The notes below the pieces were generated by a model. That model searched no databases, was not told where the DNA came from, and saw only the letters and a program-made list of their open reading frames with translations. From Candidatus Woesearchaeota archaeon (lineage in GTDB: Archaea > Nanobdellota > Nanobdellia > Woesearchaeales > JAWBMQ01), in NCBI GenBank assembly GCA_038825875.1, contig JAWBOS010000003.1, forward strand, positions 1,786 through 65,785: a DNA stretch of 64,000 nt, in the 5' to 3' direction. The translations under genes were made by a program, and so were the position numbers. Below are positions 8,158 through 17,814 of the stretch, piece after piece; positions within the stretch are counted from its first letter, which is position 1; each line of letters starts with the position of its first letter.

Positions 8158-8287
8158 TGAAAAGTGAATTGATTTTTATTTTTTGCGATAGATGCTTTAT
8201 TTAATTTTTGTGCAATTTCTAAAATTCTTCCATAAGAAATTATAGAGAATAATTTAAAAATATTGATTTTTTACAAGAAGCACGAAG

Positions 8288-9097
8288 ATGGAAGGAAAAG
8301 AAAGACAGAACATTCATAGAAAAGCTAAATTTATAATGGTTGAAGGAATTGATGGAACAGGAAAAGGATATATTGTAGATACAATAGTTAACTTGTTAAT
8401 GAAGAAGGGTTTGACGGTTTACGATTTGAGAAAAAAGGAGGGGAAATTATCATATTTTCCTCTTTTTGAGGAGTTATGTGAATTTGAGGTTTTTGTTTAT
8501 AAAGAGCCTCCAGATTTTGGAATTGGAAAAGACATTAGATTAGAAATTCTTAGACGTGGTAAAGAGGAATATAATGCTAGAACACATGCCTATGCTTTTT
8601 CAGTTTCTCGGGAAGTTCTTTATAAGAGACTAGTAATTCCTGCATTGAAGAATTTAAAATTGGTTGTAGCAGAGAGAGGCTTTATAAGTTCTATAGTATA
8701 TCAACCATTATTTTCACAATTTCTGAAAGATGATGAAATACTCTCTCCAGATTTTGTGCTTTCCTTGGAAGGAAATAAAATAGCAATACAAAATCCTCCA
8801 AATCTCGTTTTAGTCGCGGATTGTGATGTAAATACAGCACTAGATAGAATTACTGAGAGAGATAGAGATAATAAATCGCTTTTTGAAACCAGAGAAATGC
8901 TTGAAAAATCAAGAGAAATATACTTAGGAAAACAAAAGTTTAAAATCTGGGGAAAAGAACAAACATTAGAACAATTTTTAGCAGAAATAGGAAAAAATGA
9001 GGATTTGCAGTACGTTATTGTGAATGCCAATGACTCTAAAGATGTTGTAAGAGAAAGAGTAGAAAAGATTATCTCAGATTTTTTTCTTAAAAATTGA
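8288..9097 (+). CDS. Thymidylate-kinase-like P-loop nucleotide kinase family protein with a non-canonical Walker A motif.
   Basis: IMVEGIDGTGKGY resembles the Tmk P-loop EGxDGxGKST, but the Ser/Thr is replaced by Gly. VVAERGFISSIVYQP parallels the Tmk DRY...AYQ region. At 269 aa it is longer than a typical Tmk. Confidence 0.45.
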   Translation: MEGKERQNIHRKAKFIMVEGIDGTGKGYIVDTIVNLLMKKGLTVYDLRKKEGKLSYFPLFEELCEFEVFVYKEPPDFGIGKDIRLEILRRGKEEYNARTHAYAFSVSREVLYKRLVIPALKNLKLVVAERGFISSIVYQPLFSQFLKDDEILSPDFVLSLEGNKIAIQNPPNLVLVADCDVNTALDRITERDRDNKSLFETREMLEKSREIYLGKQKFKIWGKEQTLEQFLAEIGKNEDLQYVIVNANDSKDVVRERVEKIISDFFLKN

Positions 9098-9223
9098 ATT
9101 AGTGGAAAATGAAAGATCAAAAATAGAAAAAAGAAATATTTATAAATCCTTCATTAATCCAAATCTTAGTTATCCCTTGCTTGAAGTAGCTATGAAACTG
9201 TATGCAAAAATTATTAAAAATAT

Positions 9224-9295
9224 GCTCCGGTGGTGTAACGGTTAGCATAGAGGCCTGTCGAGCCTCTGACCCGGGTTCAAATCCCGGCCGGAGCG
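9224..9295 (+). tRNA. tRNA-Asp (anticodon GUC)
   Basis: Cloverleaf read by eye. The acceptor stem is GCTCCGG/CCGGAGC. The anticodon stem-loop gaggc-ctGTCga-gcctc gives anticodon GUC. The T-arm is GGGTTCAAATCCC. No CCA is encoded. Confidence 0.85.
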
Positions 9296-9300
9296 CTTTT

Positions 9301-9374
9301 GAGTCCGTAGCTCAGGCTGGTAGAGCACTAGGCTTTTAACCTAGGGGTCGGGGGTTCAAATCCCCTCGGACTCA
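9301..9374 (+). tRNA. tRNA-Lys (anticodon UUU)
   Basis: The acceptor stem is GAGTCCG/CGGACTC. The D-arm is GCTCAGGCTGGTAGAGC. The anticodon stem-loop ctagg-ctTTTaa-cctag gives anticodon UUU. The T-arm is GGGGGTTCAAATCCCC. Confidence 0.85.
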
Positions 9375-9585
9375 TTGAGATATGAATGAGATTAAAAAAA
9401 GGAATAACAAAATGAATGCTTGCTTTGTCAATATTTCACGTCTGTATAAAACCTTCTCAGAATTTAAAATTCATTCACATTTTTACAGAGATCTTGAAAA
9501 AATCCAACTTCGTAATCCTCTAAAATGTTGTAATTTTTAAGTTTATATTCCATAATTTCATATTTTATTTAGAGGTGCTCAGAAA

Positions 9586-9990
9586 ATGAAAATTAAAAAG
9601 AAGGAAAAAAAGACTTCTAAATCTGAAATAAAAGATAAAGCAGAAAAAAAAGTTGTTCAAAAAAAGGAGAAAAAGAGAGAGTCTAAAAAAGAAACGCAAG
9701 TAAAGAAAGAGGTGAAATCTAAGAAATCAAAGAGTGAAAAGAAAGAAGAGTCTACGAGGACCATAGAAATTTGGAAACATCAATTAGTTCCTCAGCATAT
9801 TTTGTTAACTCCTGAAGAAATTCAGAAATTGTTTGAAGAGTATAATATAACTTTTGATAATTTGCCAAAGATAAAGGTTCATGATCCAGCAATAAAGCAC
9901 CTTAATGCAAAGCCAGGAGATGTTGTTAAGATCATTCGAAAATCAAAGATTGCAGGTGAGTGTGAATATTATAGGGGTGTGGTCGAATGA
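9586..9990 (+). CDS. rpoH: DNA-directed RNA polymerase subunit H (Rpo5) with an unusual ~60-aa lysine-rich N-terminal extension.
   Basis: The C-terminal 70 aa (HQLVPQHILLTPEEIQKLFEEYNITFDNLPKIKVHDPAIKHLNAKPGDVVKIIRKSKIAGECEYYRGVV) matches the RpoH/Rpb5 core. The gene sits at the conserved position upstream of rpoB. The N-terminus MKIKKKEKKTSKSEIKDKAEKK... is K/E-rich low complexity. Confidence 0.85.
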   Translation: MKIKKKEKKTSKSEIKDKAEKKVVQKKEKKRESKKETQVKKEVKSKKSKSEKKEESTRTIEIWKHQLVPQHILLTPEEIQKLFEEYNITFDNLPKIKVHDPAIKHLNAKPGDVVKIIRKSKIAGECEYYRGVVE

Positions 9991-11549
9991 AATCGCGCAT
10001 CTTAATGAAAAAATATTTTGAAAAGAACTCAATGATTCAATCAATAATTGATTCTTTTAATGATTTTGTTGATTTTGGAATGCAACAAGTTGTAGATGAA
10101 ATACACGAAATAGAACCAACAATAATTCCAGCAAATTTAGAGGAATACAAGATAAAGTTGGGAAAAATAAGGATTGGAGAACCCATAATTACAGAAGCAG
10201 ATGGAAGTATAAGAGAGTTATATCCTTATGAAGCACGCATCCGAGAAATAACCTATGCTTCTCCAATATATCTGGAGTTCATTCCAATAATTAATCAAAT
10301 TTTACAGAAACCTATAGAGGTTAAGATAGGAATGTTACCTATTATGGTTAAGTCAAAGTATTGTAGATTGTATAATCTCAAACCGGAGGAATTAATTGAG
10401 CTGGGTGAAGATCCTGATGATGTTGGGGGTTATTTTATTATTAATGGTTCTGAAAAAGTTATTATAAACATAGAGGATCTTGCACCAAATCAGTTTTTGG
10501 TAAATAAGGATCCAGTTACAGGTTCATATTTTGGGAAAATTTTTTCAGAGAATGGGGCATATAGAATTCCTCTAAGTATTGAACAGAGAAATGATCTTAT
10601 ATTTTATGTTACCTTTACAAGAGTAAAAAGAATTCCTGTGGTTGTCCTTTTGAAGGCTTTGGGTTTAGAAAAGGATTCTGAGATCATGGAAGCAATAAAT
10701 CCAACACCAGAAGGTTCAAATCTAGTTTTTATTAATCTGTACGAATACGCAGAGATTAAGAATTCCTTTGAAGCAAAAGATTACATATCAAAAATTTTAG
10801 GAATGACTCATCCTGTAGAAATAAGAATTCCGAGAATTGAGCAGATACTTGATCAATTCTTGCTTCCACATTTAGGTGTTACCGCTGAAGAAAGAAAGTT
10901 AAAGGCATATAACTTGGCAAGATATGTTTCAAAACTTATTAAAGTGTCAACTGGTGTGTTGCCAGAGGACGATAGAGATCATTATATGAATAAGAGAGTA
11001 AAAACTGCCGGTGAGAGTTTGATGGATTTGTTTAGGTATAACTTTAGAATTTTGGTTAAAGATATACTTTATAATTTTCAGAGAATTGTTAAGAGAGGAA
11101 AATTGCCTCCTCTAAATACAGTAGTTAGAGATAAATTGTTTACAAGTAGATTCTATTCAGCAATGGCTACAGGAAATTGGGTTGGAGAGAGAACTGGAGT
11201 TTGTCAAAGATTTATGCATTGGAGTTATATTGAAACTCTTTCACATTTGCAAAGGGTTTCATCATTACTTGATCCGAATCAGGAAAATTTCAAAGCAAGA
11301 GCATTGCATCCAACACATTTTGGAAGATTGTGCGCGATTGAAACGCCAGAAGGAAAGAATGTGGGATTGAGGAAAAATTTAGCTCTTATGTCAAGTATTA
11401 GTAGATATTACGATGAATCAAAGATTTATGAAGTGTTGCAAAGTTTTGGTCTTAAACTACTTGATCCAAGTATAAAATCATCACTTAAGAAGATGCAAGG
11501 TATAGTTAAGATTACTGATATGTCCGAGAGTAAAAAAGAATCCTCTTAA
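9987..11549 (+). CDS. rpoB: DNA-directed RNA polymerase subunit B'' (N-terminal half of split RpoB)
   Basis: 520 aa, overlapping rpoH by 4 nt (ATGA). Conserved RpoB N-terminal blocks are present (GYFIINGSEKVII, the protrusion and lobe regions). The gene lies immediately upstream of the B' part. Confidence 0.9.
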   Translation: MKSRILMKKYFEKNSMIQSIIDSFNDFVDFGMQQVVDEIHEIEPTIIPANLEEYKIKLGKIRIGEPIITEADGSIRELYPYEARIREITYASPIYLEFIPIINQILQKPIEVKIGMLPIMVKSKYCRLYNLKPEELIELGEDPDDVGGYFIINGSEKVIINIEDLAPNQFLVNKDPVTGSYFGKIFSENGAYRIPLSIEQRNDLIFYVTFTRVKRIPVVVLLKALGLEKDSEIMEAINPTPEGSNLVFINLYEYAEIKNSFEAKDYISKILGMTHPVEIRIPRIEQILDQFLLPHLGVTAEERKLKAYNLARYVSKLIKVSTGVLPEDDRDHYMNKRVKTAGESLMDLFRYNFRILVKDILYNFQRIVKRGKLPPLNTVVRDKLFTSRFYSAMATGNWVGERTGVCQRFMHWSYIETLSHLQRVSSLLDPNQENFKARALHPTHFGRLCAIETPEGKNVGLRKNLALMSSISRYYDESKIYEVLQSFGLKLLDPSIKSSLKKMQGIVKITDMSESKKESS

Positions 11550-11590
11550 GAAGGTTTCAAAAATTATGATTAAAATTTTATGGTGATAAA

Positions 11591-13399
11591 ATGACAGATG
11601 TTTGGTTAAACGGAAAATTTATTGGAACAGTTAAAGATCCTAGAGATTTTGTTGAACGTGTGAGAGAAAATAGAAGAAAAAATGTTCTGCCACCAACATT
11701 AAATATTTACTATGATGAAGAAAGCGATGAGATTAAGATTGAGACGAGTAAAGGGAGGTTGCTAAGACCATTAATCGTTGTGAAGAATGGAAAACCATTG
11801 CTAACTGAAGTACATTTAAAAAAATTGATGCAAAATGAGATGACATGGGATGATTTAGTTGCGCAGGGAATTATTGAGTATCTTGATGCATCAGAGGAAG
11901 AAAATGCTTACATAGCAATTTCTGAAGAGGAATTAACTCCAGAACATACACATTTAGAAATTTCACCCCTAGTTATGTTAGGTATAACTTCTTTGTGTGT
12001 ACCTTTTGGAAATTATAATCAAACAGCAAGATATACTATTGGAATAAAATCCTTGAAACAAGGAATGGGATTGTATATGGCCAATTACCATTTGAGAAAC
12101 GAACCAGATGTTTTTATTTTGCACAATCCTGAAGTTCCATTAGTGAAGACTTTTGGAGATGAAGTGATAAATATACAAAAGCATCCAGTTGGGCAGAATT
12201 TAGTAGTTGCGGTAATGACTTACGAAGGATATAACATGGAAGATGCGGTCATACTTAATCTAGGAGCAGTTCAGAGAGGATTGATGAGAGGTACATTTTT
12301 TATGCCTTTTGTTGGTGAGGAGATAAAATATGCAGGTGGCCAAAGTGATAAATTTACAATTCCTAGTAAAGATGTTGTTGGATATATTAGTGAACATGCG
12401 TACAGATTTTTGGAAGAAGATGGTATTGTGAGTCCAGGTATAGAGGTGCAGGAAGGTGATGTGATTATTGGTAAGGTTTCTCCTCCAAGATTTTTGAACG
12501 AACAAGCACAGTATTCTTTTATTGGGGTTACTAAAAGAGATTCTTCAATAAGTTTATCAAAAGGAGAGCAGGGAATTGTCGATACTGTTTTCGTAACAGA
12601 GAGTGAAGAAGGCAATAAAAAAGTAGTGATAAAGGTTAGAGAAAATAAGATTCCAGAGATTGGAGATAAATTTTCATCTAGACATGGACAGAAAGGAGTT
12701 ATTGGAATGCTTATTCCAGAATACGAGATGCCTTTTTCTGCAAGAGGAATTGTACCAGACTTGTTGTTTACTCCTTTTGGTATTCCTTCTCGTATGACTG
12801 TTGCACATCTGTTAGAAATGTTGGGTGGAAAAGTTGGTGCTCTTAAAGGCGAACAGATTGATGGAACTATCTTCGAGAATCAAAGCGAGCAAGAGCTTAG
12901 AGATCAATTGCTGAAACTTGGATTCCGAGATGATGGACTTGAAACGTTTTATGATGGTATAACTGGAAGAATGATCATGGCAAGAATTTATGTGGGAAAT
13001 ATTTTTTATGCCAGATTGAGACAAGTAGTTAGTAATAAAATCCAAGCTCGTGCAAGAGGTAAGGTACAATTGTTAACTAGACAGCCCACAGAAGGAAGAA
13101 GAAAAGGAGGAGGAATTAGATTGGGAGAAATGGAACTTGATGCACTGTTAGGATACGGAGCAGCAATGATTGTGAATGAAAGATATAGTGCAGATTCTAC
13201 AGAAGTGTATGTTTGCGAAAGCTGTGGAAGTTTGGCTTTTTATGATGAAATTAATAAGAGGGTAAGTTGTAAGTATTGCGGAGATTCTTTGAACATATCT
13301 AAAATCTCAATAAGTTATGCGTTTAAATTATTTTTAGAAGAGTTAATGGCCTTGGGAATAAGGCCTAAAATAAATATTAAAACAAAGTACGTGAGTTAG
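11591..13399 (+). CDS. rpoB: DNA-directed RNA polymerase subunit B' (C-terminal half of split RpoB)
   Basis: 602 aa containing SSRHGQKGV, GGIRLGEMELDALLGYGAA and the C-terminal Zn-ribbon CESCGSL...CKYCG. These are the typical RpoB' / Rpb2 C-terminal motifs. Confidence 0.92.
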   Translation: MTDVWLNGKFIGTVKDPRDFVERVRENRRKNVLPPTLNIYYDEESDEIKIETSKGRLLRPLIVVKNGKPLLTEVHLKKLMQNEMTWDDLVAQGIIEYLDASEEENAYIAISEEELTPEHTHLEISPLVMLGITSLCVPFGNYNQTARYTIGIKSLKQGMGLYMANYHLRNEPDVFILHNPEVPLVKTFGDEVINIQKHPVGQNLVVAVMTYEGYNMEDAVILNLGAVQRGLMRGTFFMPFVGEEIKYAGGQSDKFTIPSKDVVGYISEHAYRFLEEDGIVSPGIEVQEGDVIIGKVSPPRFLNEQAQYSFIGVTKRDSSISLSKGEQGIVDTVFVTESEEGNKKVVIKVRENKIPEIGDKFSSRHGQKGVIGMLIPEYEMPFSARGIVPDLLFTPFGIPSRMTVAHLLEMLGGKVGALKGEQIDGTIFENQSEQELRDQLLKLGFRDDGLETFYDGITGRMIMARIYVGNIFYARLRQVVSNKIQARARGKVQLLTRQPTEGRRKGGGIRLGEMELDALLGYGAAMIVNERYSADSTEVYVCESCGSLAFYDEINKRVSCKYCGDSLNISKISISYAFKLFLEELMALGIRPKINIKTKYVS

Positions 13400-13431
13400 A
13401 GTGAAAATATATTTCAAAAAGAGGTGAAAAA

Positions 13432-16128
13432 ATGCCTAGAAAATCAAAATTAAGAAAACCTCAGGATGAAATTCCTCAAGAGGAAGTAAAAAAAGATCAA
13501 AATTTAACATTTTCACTTGATGACTATAGGACATATCTAAATGTATATGAAAAATTGGTGGATTCCATTGAGTTCTTTTTGCTTTCTCCAGAAGATATTA
13601 GAAAGATGAGTGCCGTTAAAATAATTACTCATGAACTTTATGATAGTGAGGGATATCCTGTTGATGGTGGTTTGGTCGATCCTAGAATGGGCGTTGTGGA
13701 TCCAGGATTAAGATGCAGAACTTGTGGAGGAAGTGTTAAGACCTGTCCAGGACATCCAGGACATATAGAATTGGCAAGACCAGTTTATCATCCAAAATTT
13801 GTTCCTCTAATATATGTTTTGTTGAGTACTACTTGTCCTGTTTGTGGAATGCCGTTATTATCTAGAGAGGATTTAAATGCTACTATCTCAAAACTAAAAA
13901 AGATGAAGGAAAAATTGGGAGCAGTTGAATTTAGAGAGTTTTCAAAAAGAATTAGAAGTCAACTTACATTTAGAGATGTTTGTGATTTCTGTGGAGCAAG
14001 TAGAGCAGCTATTATTCTTGAAAAACCATATAATTTCTATGAGGGAGATAGAAGATTGACACCTTTAGAAGTGAGAACTAGATTAGAAAAAATACCCGAT
14101 GATGTTCTTATACTTTACGGCATAGATCCTTTATATGCAAGACCTGAGTGGACAGTTTTAACTGTTTTGTTAGTGCCTTCGGTATTAACAAGACCAAGCC
14201 TGACTTTGGAAACCGGAGAAAGAAGTGAAGACGATTTAACACATAAATTAAGTGATATAGTGAGATTTAATCAAAGATTGTTTGAGAATATTAATGCAGG
14301 AGTACCTGAAGCAGTTATTGAAGATATGTGGGATCTTTTGCAATATCATGTGGCAACTTATTTTGATAATACTATTCCCCAATTACCACCTGCTAGAAAT
14401 AGAGCAGGGCAGCCACTGAAATCTCTAGTAGAGCGATTAAAAGGAAAAGAAGGTAGAATGAGACAAAATTTGGTAGGCAAGAGAGTAAATTTTTCGGGAC
14501 GTTCAGTGATAAGTCCTGATCCGAGAATTGGCCTGGAAGAGATTGGAATTCCAGAATCTATGGCTAGAGAATTAACATATCCTGTTAGAGTTACTACATG
14601 GAACTGGCAATATTTAAAAAAATTCATTGAGAATTATCCAAAATATCCATCTGCAAACTATGTGATTAGACCTGATGGTACTTTAAAGAAAGTAACTGAA
14701 GAAACTAAAGAAATGATACTTGAAGAATTGAAGCCAGGCTATATTGTTGAAAGGCATCTTATGGATGGGGATATAGTTTTGTTCAACAGATATCCTACTT
14801 TACATAGAATGAGTATTATGGCACATACAGTAAGGGTTTTGCCGGGTAAAACCTTGAGACTCAATCCTGCTGTTTGTTTGCCATATAACGCAGATTTTGA
14901 TGGCGATGAGATGAATATCCATGTATTACAGACAATAGAAGCACAGGCAGAGGCTCGAGAACTGTTGTATATCCCATATAATCTCATAGTTCCAAAAAAT
15001 GGATTAGTTGCAGTGGGTCCAAGCTTGGATGCAATTGTAGGAAATTATCTCCTATCTAGATATCTTAAATTACCAAAAAATGAAATAATTGATCTTTTAG
15101 CAAGGTCAGGAGTAACAGATTTTTCCAGATTGCCACAAGGAGAGATTTTAGACGGAAAGGAATGTTATGCATGTATATTCCCTGAAGATTTTCATTTTGA
15201 AGGCGCTACAAAAGAATTTGTCTCTTCTTTAGGTAAGAAACAGGAGGGATGGTTAATTATTGATAAAGGAAGAATTATTCAGGGATTCTTGGATTCAAAA
15301 GTGTTGGCAAGTGGATCAGGATTACTTATTAGAAAACTGTGGGCGGATTACGGAGAGGAAAAAACAGTTGCAATTTTGGAAAAACTTACTCTTTTAGGTG
15401 TTGTGACTCTAACCAGATTTGGCTTGACTTCTGCAATTTCACATTTTGATTTACCAGAAGATATTTATGCAAAAATAGAAGAAATTCTACAAAAGGCATA
15501 TCAAGAAAGTGAAGATTTGATTAGGCAGTATCGTGAAGGGACATTAGAATTAATTCCTGGAAGAAATGAACAGGAATCATTAGAGATTAAGATATTAGCT
15601 ACGTTGAATAGGGCAAGAAATCAGGTAGGTGAATTGATTTTAGAAGCTTCAAAGAAAATAAACGAAAGCTTGCTTATGATAAAATCAGGTGCAAAGGGTA
15701 ACATAATTAATCTTTCTCAGATTGCAGGTGTTGTAGGACAGCAATCACTTGGAGGACAAAGATTGACAGTTGGTTATAAAGGAAGGGTTGTACCTCACTA
15801 TAAAAAAGATGATCTTTCTCCAGATGCAAGAGGTTTTATTAGAACAAGTTTTAAGAAGGGAATGAAACCATTGGAATTCTTTTTCCAAGCAATGACAGGT
15901 AGAGATTCACTTATTAGTAAAGGTATGGCAACTCCAAAATCCGGTTATCTTTATAGAAGGATGGCAAATTCATTCCAAGATTTGGTTGTGGATTATAACT
16001 TGACTGTAAGAGATTCTACTGGAACTGTGGTTCAGTTTAAGTTTGGAGATGATGGAATTGATGTTTCAAAATCTGAAGCTGGTACCATAAATGTAAGAAG
16101 AATAATTGATGAGGTTTTACAACAATAA
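13432..16128 (+). CDS. rpoA1: DNA-directed RNA polymerase subunit A' (RpoA1)
   Basis: 898 aa. The N-terminal Zn-binding CRTCGGSVKTCPGHPGHIELARPVYHP and the catalytic NADFDGDEMN motif are present. AGGTGA lies upstream. Confidence 0.93.
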   Translation: MPRKSKLRKPQDEIPQEEVKKDQNLTFSLDDYRTYLNVYEKLVDSIEFFLLSPEDIRKMSAVKIITHELYDSEGYPVDGGLVDPRMGVVDPGLRCRTCGGSVKTCPGHPGHIELARPVYHPKFVPLIYVLLSTTCPVCGMPLLSREDLNATISKLKKMKEKLGAVEFREFSKRIRSQLTFRDVCDFCGASRAAIILEKPYNFYEGDRRLTPLEVRTRLEKIPDDVLILYGIDPLYARPEWTVLTVLLVPSVLTRPSLTLETGERSEDDLTHKLSDIVRFNQRLFENINAGVPEAVIEDMWDLLQYHVATYFDNTIPQLPPARNRAGQPLKSLVERLKGKEGRMRQNLVGKRVNFSGRSVISPDPRIGLEEIGIPESMARELTYPVRVTTWNWQYLKKFIENYPKYPSANYVIRPDGTLKKVTEETKEMILEELKPGYIVERHLMDGDIVLFNRYPTLHRMSIMAHTVRVLPGKTLRLNPAVCLPYNADFDGDEMNIHVLQTIEAQAEARELLYIPYNLIVPKNGLVAVGPSLDAIVGNYLLSRYLKLPKNEIIDLLARSGVTDFSRLPQGEILDGKECYACIFPEDFHFEGATKEFVSSLGKKQEGWLIIDKGRIIQGFLDSKVLASGSGLLIRKLWADYGEEKTVAILEKLTLLGVVTLTRFGLTSAISHFDLPEDIYAKIEEILQKAYQESEDLIRQYREGTLELIPGRNEQESLEIKILATLNRARNQVGELILEASKKINESLLMIKSGAKGNIINLSQIAGVVGQQSLGGQRLTVGYKGRVVPHYKKDDLSPDARGFIRTSFKKGMKPLEFFFQAMTGRDSLISKGMATPKSGYLYRRMANSFQDLVVDYNLTVRDSTGTVVQFKFGDDGIDVSKSEAGTINVRRIIDEVLQQ

Positions 16129-16146
16129 ATCTCAAAAGGTGAAAAT

Positions 16147-17346
16147 ATGTATGAAAAAATAATAGAAAAATATCAAAATTTGTTGCCTAAAAAAATCATT
16201 GATGAAATTATATCCAATTTACCTTCAAATAAAAAGATAAGTGATGAAAAGGTAGAGGAAATCTTTAGGAAAGTATATCAGGATTATGTTGCTACATTAT
16301 TAGAACCAGGGCATAGTATTGGTTTGATCACAGCTCAATCATTTGGAGAACCAGCAACTCAGATGACATTGGATACCTTTCACTTAGCAGGTGTTTCAGA
16401 ATTAAACATATCCGTGGGTTTACCGAGAATTATTGAACTATTTGATGGTAGAAAAACTACAAAAACCCCAATAACTTTCATTTACCTAGTTCCTCCTTAC
16501 AATACTAAGGAATATGTTAGATCAGTAGCTTTAAGATTAAAAGAAACATCCTTGAAAGAAATAATGGATTCTGTAGAATTGGATTTGATGAACTATTCTG
16601 TTAGAGTTAATTTGAATTCAAAAATATTGGCTGATTTGGAAATGACACCTCAAACGGTGCTAGGAAAATTGAAAAAGTACATAAAAAACATAGAAATGGG
16701 TTTAGAAAAGAACATGATTTTTATTAAATTTCCTGAAGATATTGATATTAAGTTTTTATATAAGTTCAAAGAAAATATCAAAAGCTATTTTATTAGTGGA
16801 GTTAAGGGAATTAAATATGTTTTGCCTAAAGAAATAGAATATGAAGGAAAGAAGGAATATATGATTTTAGCAGCTGGTCAAAATCTTGGAGAATTGCTAA
16901 AGTTAGATTTTGTAGATCCATATAGAACGTATTCAAATGATATTTATGAAGTTTATACTTATTTGGGTGTTGAAGCTGCTAGAGAACTTTTGTTTAGAGA
17001 GATTTTAAATGTAGTTTCTGAACAGGGATTGAATATTGATTTGAGGTATATCTCTTTGATAGCTGATGTTCTTATGGCATATGGTGAATACAGAGGAATC
17101 ACAAGATATGGATTGATGAAAAGTAAATCTAGTGTATTGGCAAGAGCCACGTTTGAAACACCAATCACGCATTTTATTGATGCTGCATTGGTTGGAGAAA
17201 AAGAAAGATTAATTGGATTAATGGAAGCTGTTATTGTTGGACAACCGCCAGCAGTAGGAACTACATTATCTCAAGTGTACTTTGTGTCGAATCCTAAATC
17301 AAAGCAAGATGAGAAGAACAAGGAATCAAAGCAGGAAAATAAGTAA
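16147..17346 (+). CDS. rpoA2: DNA-directed RNA polymerase subunit A'' (RpoA2)
   Basis: 399 aa. The trigger-loop region GEPATQMTLDTFHLAGV is present. The gene immediately follows rpoA1 in the conserved order. Confidence 0.9.
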   Translation: MYEKIIEKYQNLLPKKIIDEIISNLPSNKKISDEKVEEIFRKVYQDYVATLLEPGHSIGLITAQSFGEPATQMTLDTFHLAGVSELNISVGLPRIIELFDGRKTTKTPITFIYLVPPYNTKEYVRSVALRLKETSLKEIMDSVELDLMNYSVRVNLNSKILADLEMTPQTVLGKLKKYIKNIEMGLEKNMIFIKFPEDIDIKFLYKFKENIKSYFISGVKGIKYVLPKEIEYEGKKEYMILAAGQNLGELLKLDFVDPYRTYSNDIYEVYTYLGVEAARELLFREILNVVSEQGLNIDLRYISLIADVLMAYGEYRGITRYGLMKSKSSVLARATFETPITHFIDAALVGEKERLIGLMEAVIVGQPPAVGTTLSQVYFVSNPKSKQDEKNKESKQENK

Positions 17347-17431
17347 AATTAAAAAGATTAATAGGATTACAAAATATTTTTAAATGTTGGCTGATTCATA
17401 ACGCTCCAATACATGCTTTTGAGGTGAACAA

Positions 17432-17719
17432 ATGATTAATAAAAGGATGAGCAAAGAAGAATTTGATGAATTCATGTTTAAGGAAAATAGGCAGAATGTT
17501 GTAATAGGTTTCAATAGAGTAAGAAAATTGCTCAAAAATTCAAAGATTAAAATAGTATTTATTTCAAATAATGCTCCTGATTTTATAAGAAAGGATATTG
17601 AGTATTATTCAAAACTTAGCGGAATAGAAGTTGTGGAATTAGATCTTAATAATATTCAACTGGGAAATTACTTTAAAAAAATTTACGGTATAAATGTAAT
17701 AGGGATCTTAACAGGTTGA
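17432..17719 (+). CDS. rpl30e: Ribosomal protein L30e
   Basis: 95 aa. The L30e/L7Ae-fold pattern is present (IKIVFISNNAPDFIRKDIEYYSKLSGIEVVEL...LG). The gene sits at the conserved position between rpoA2 and nusA. Confidence 0.75.
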   Translation: MINKRMSKEEFDEFMFKENRQNVVIGFNRVRKLLKNSKIKIVFISNNAPDFIRKDIEYYSKLSGIEVVELDLNNIQLGNYFKKIYGINVIGILTG

Positions 17720-17814
17720 GTGATTGAAGATTGATAAATTAAAAAGAGAATGTGTTGAATGTGTTATAGATATCAACTCGAAAATTTAAGTTAATTAAAA
17801 AATAGAAAAAATTA

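Noticed and set aside
9392-9553. A ~53-aa ORF (MNEIKKRNNKMNACF...) in the spacer between tRNA-Lys and rpoH
   Set aside because: It has no RBS or TATA in a sensible position. It overlaps the expected rpoH promoter (TTTATATT at ~9542) and shows no motif. It is likely a chance ORF in AT-rich DNA.
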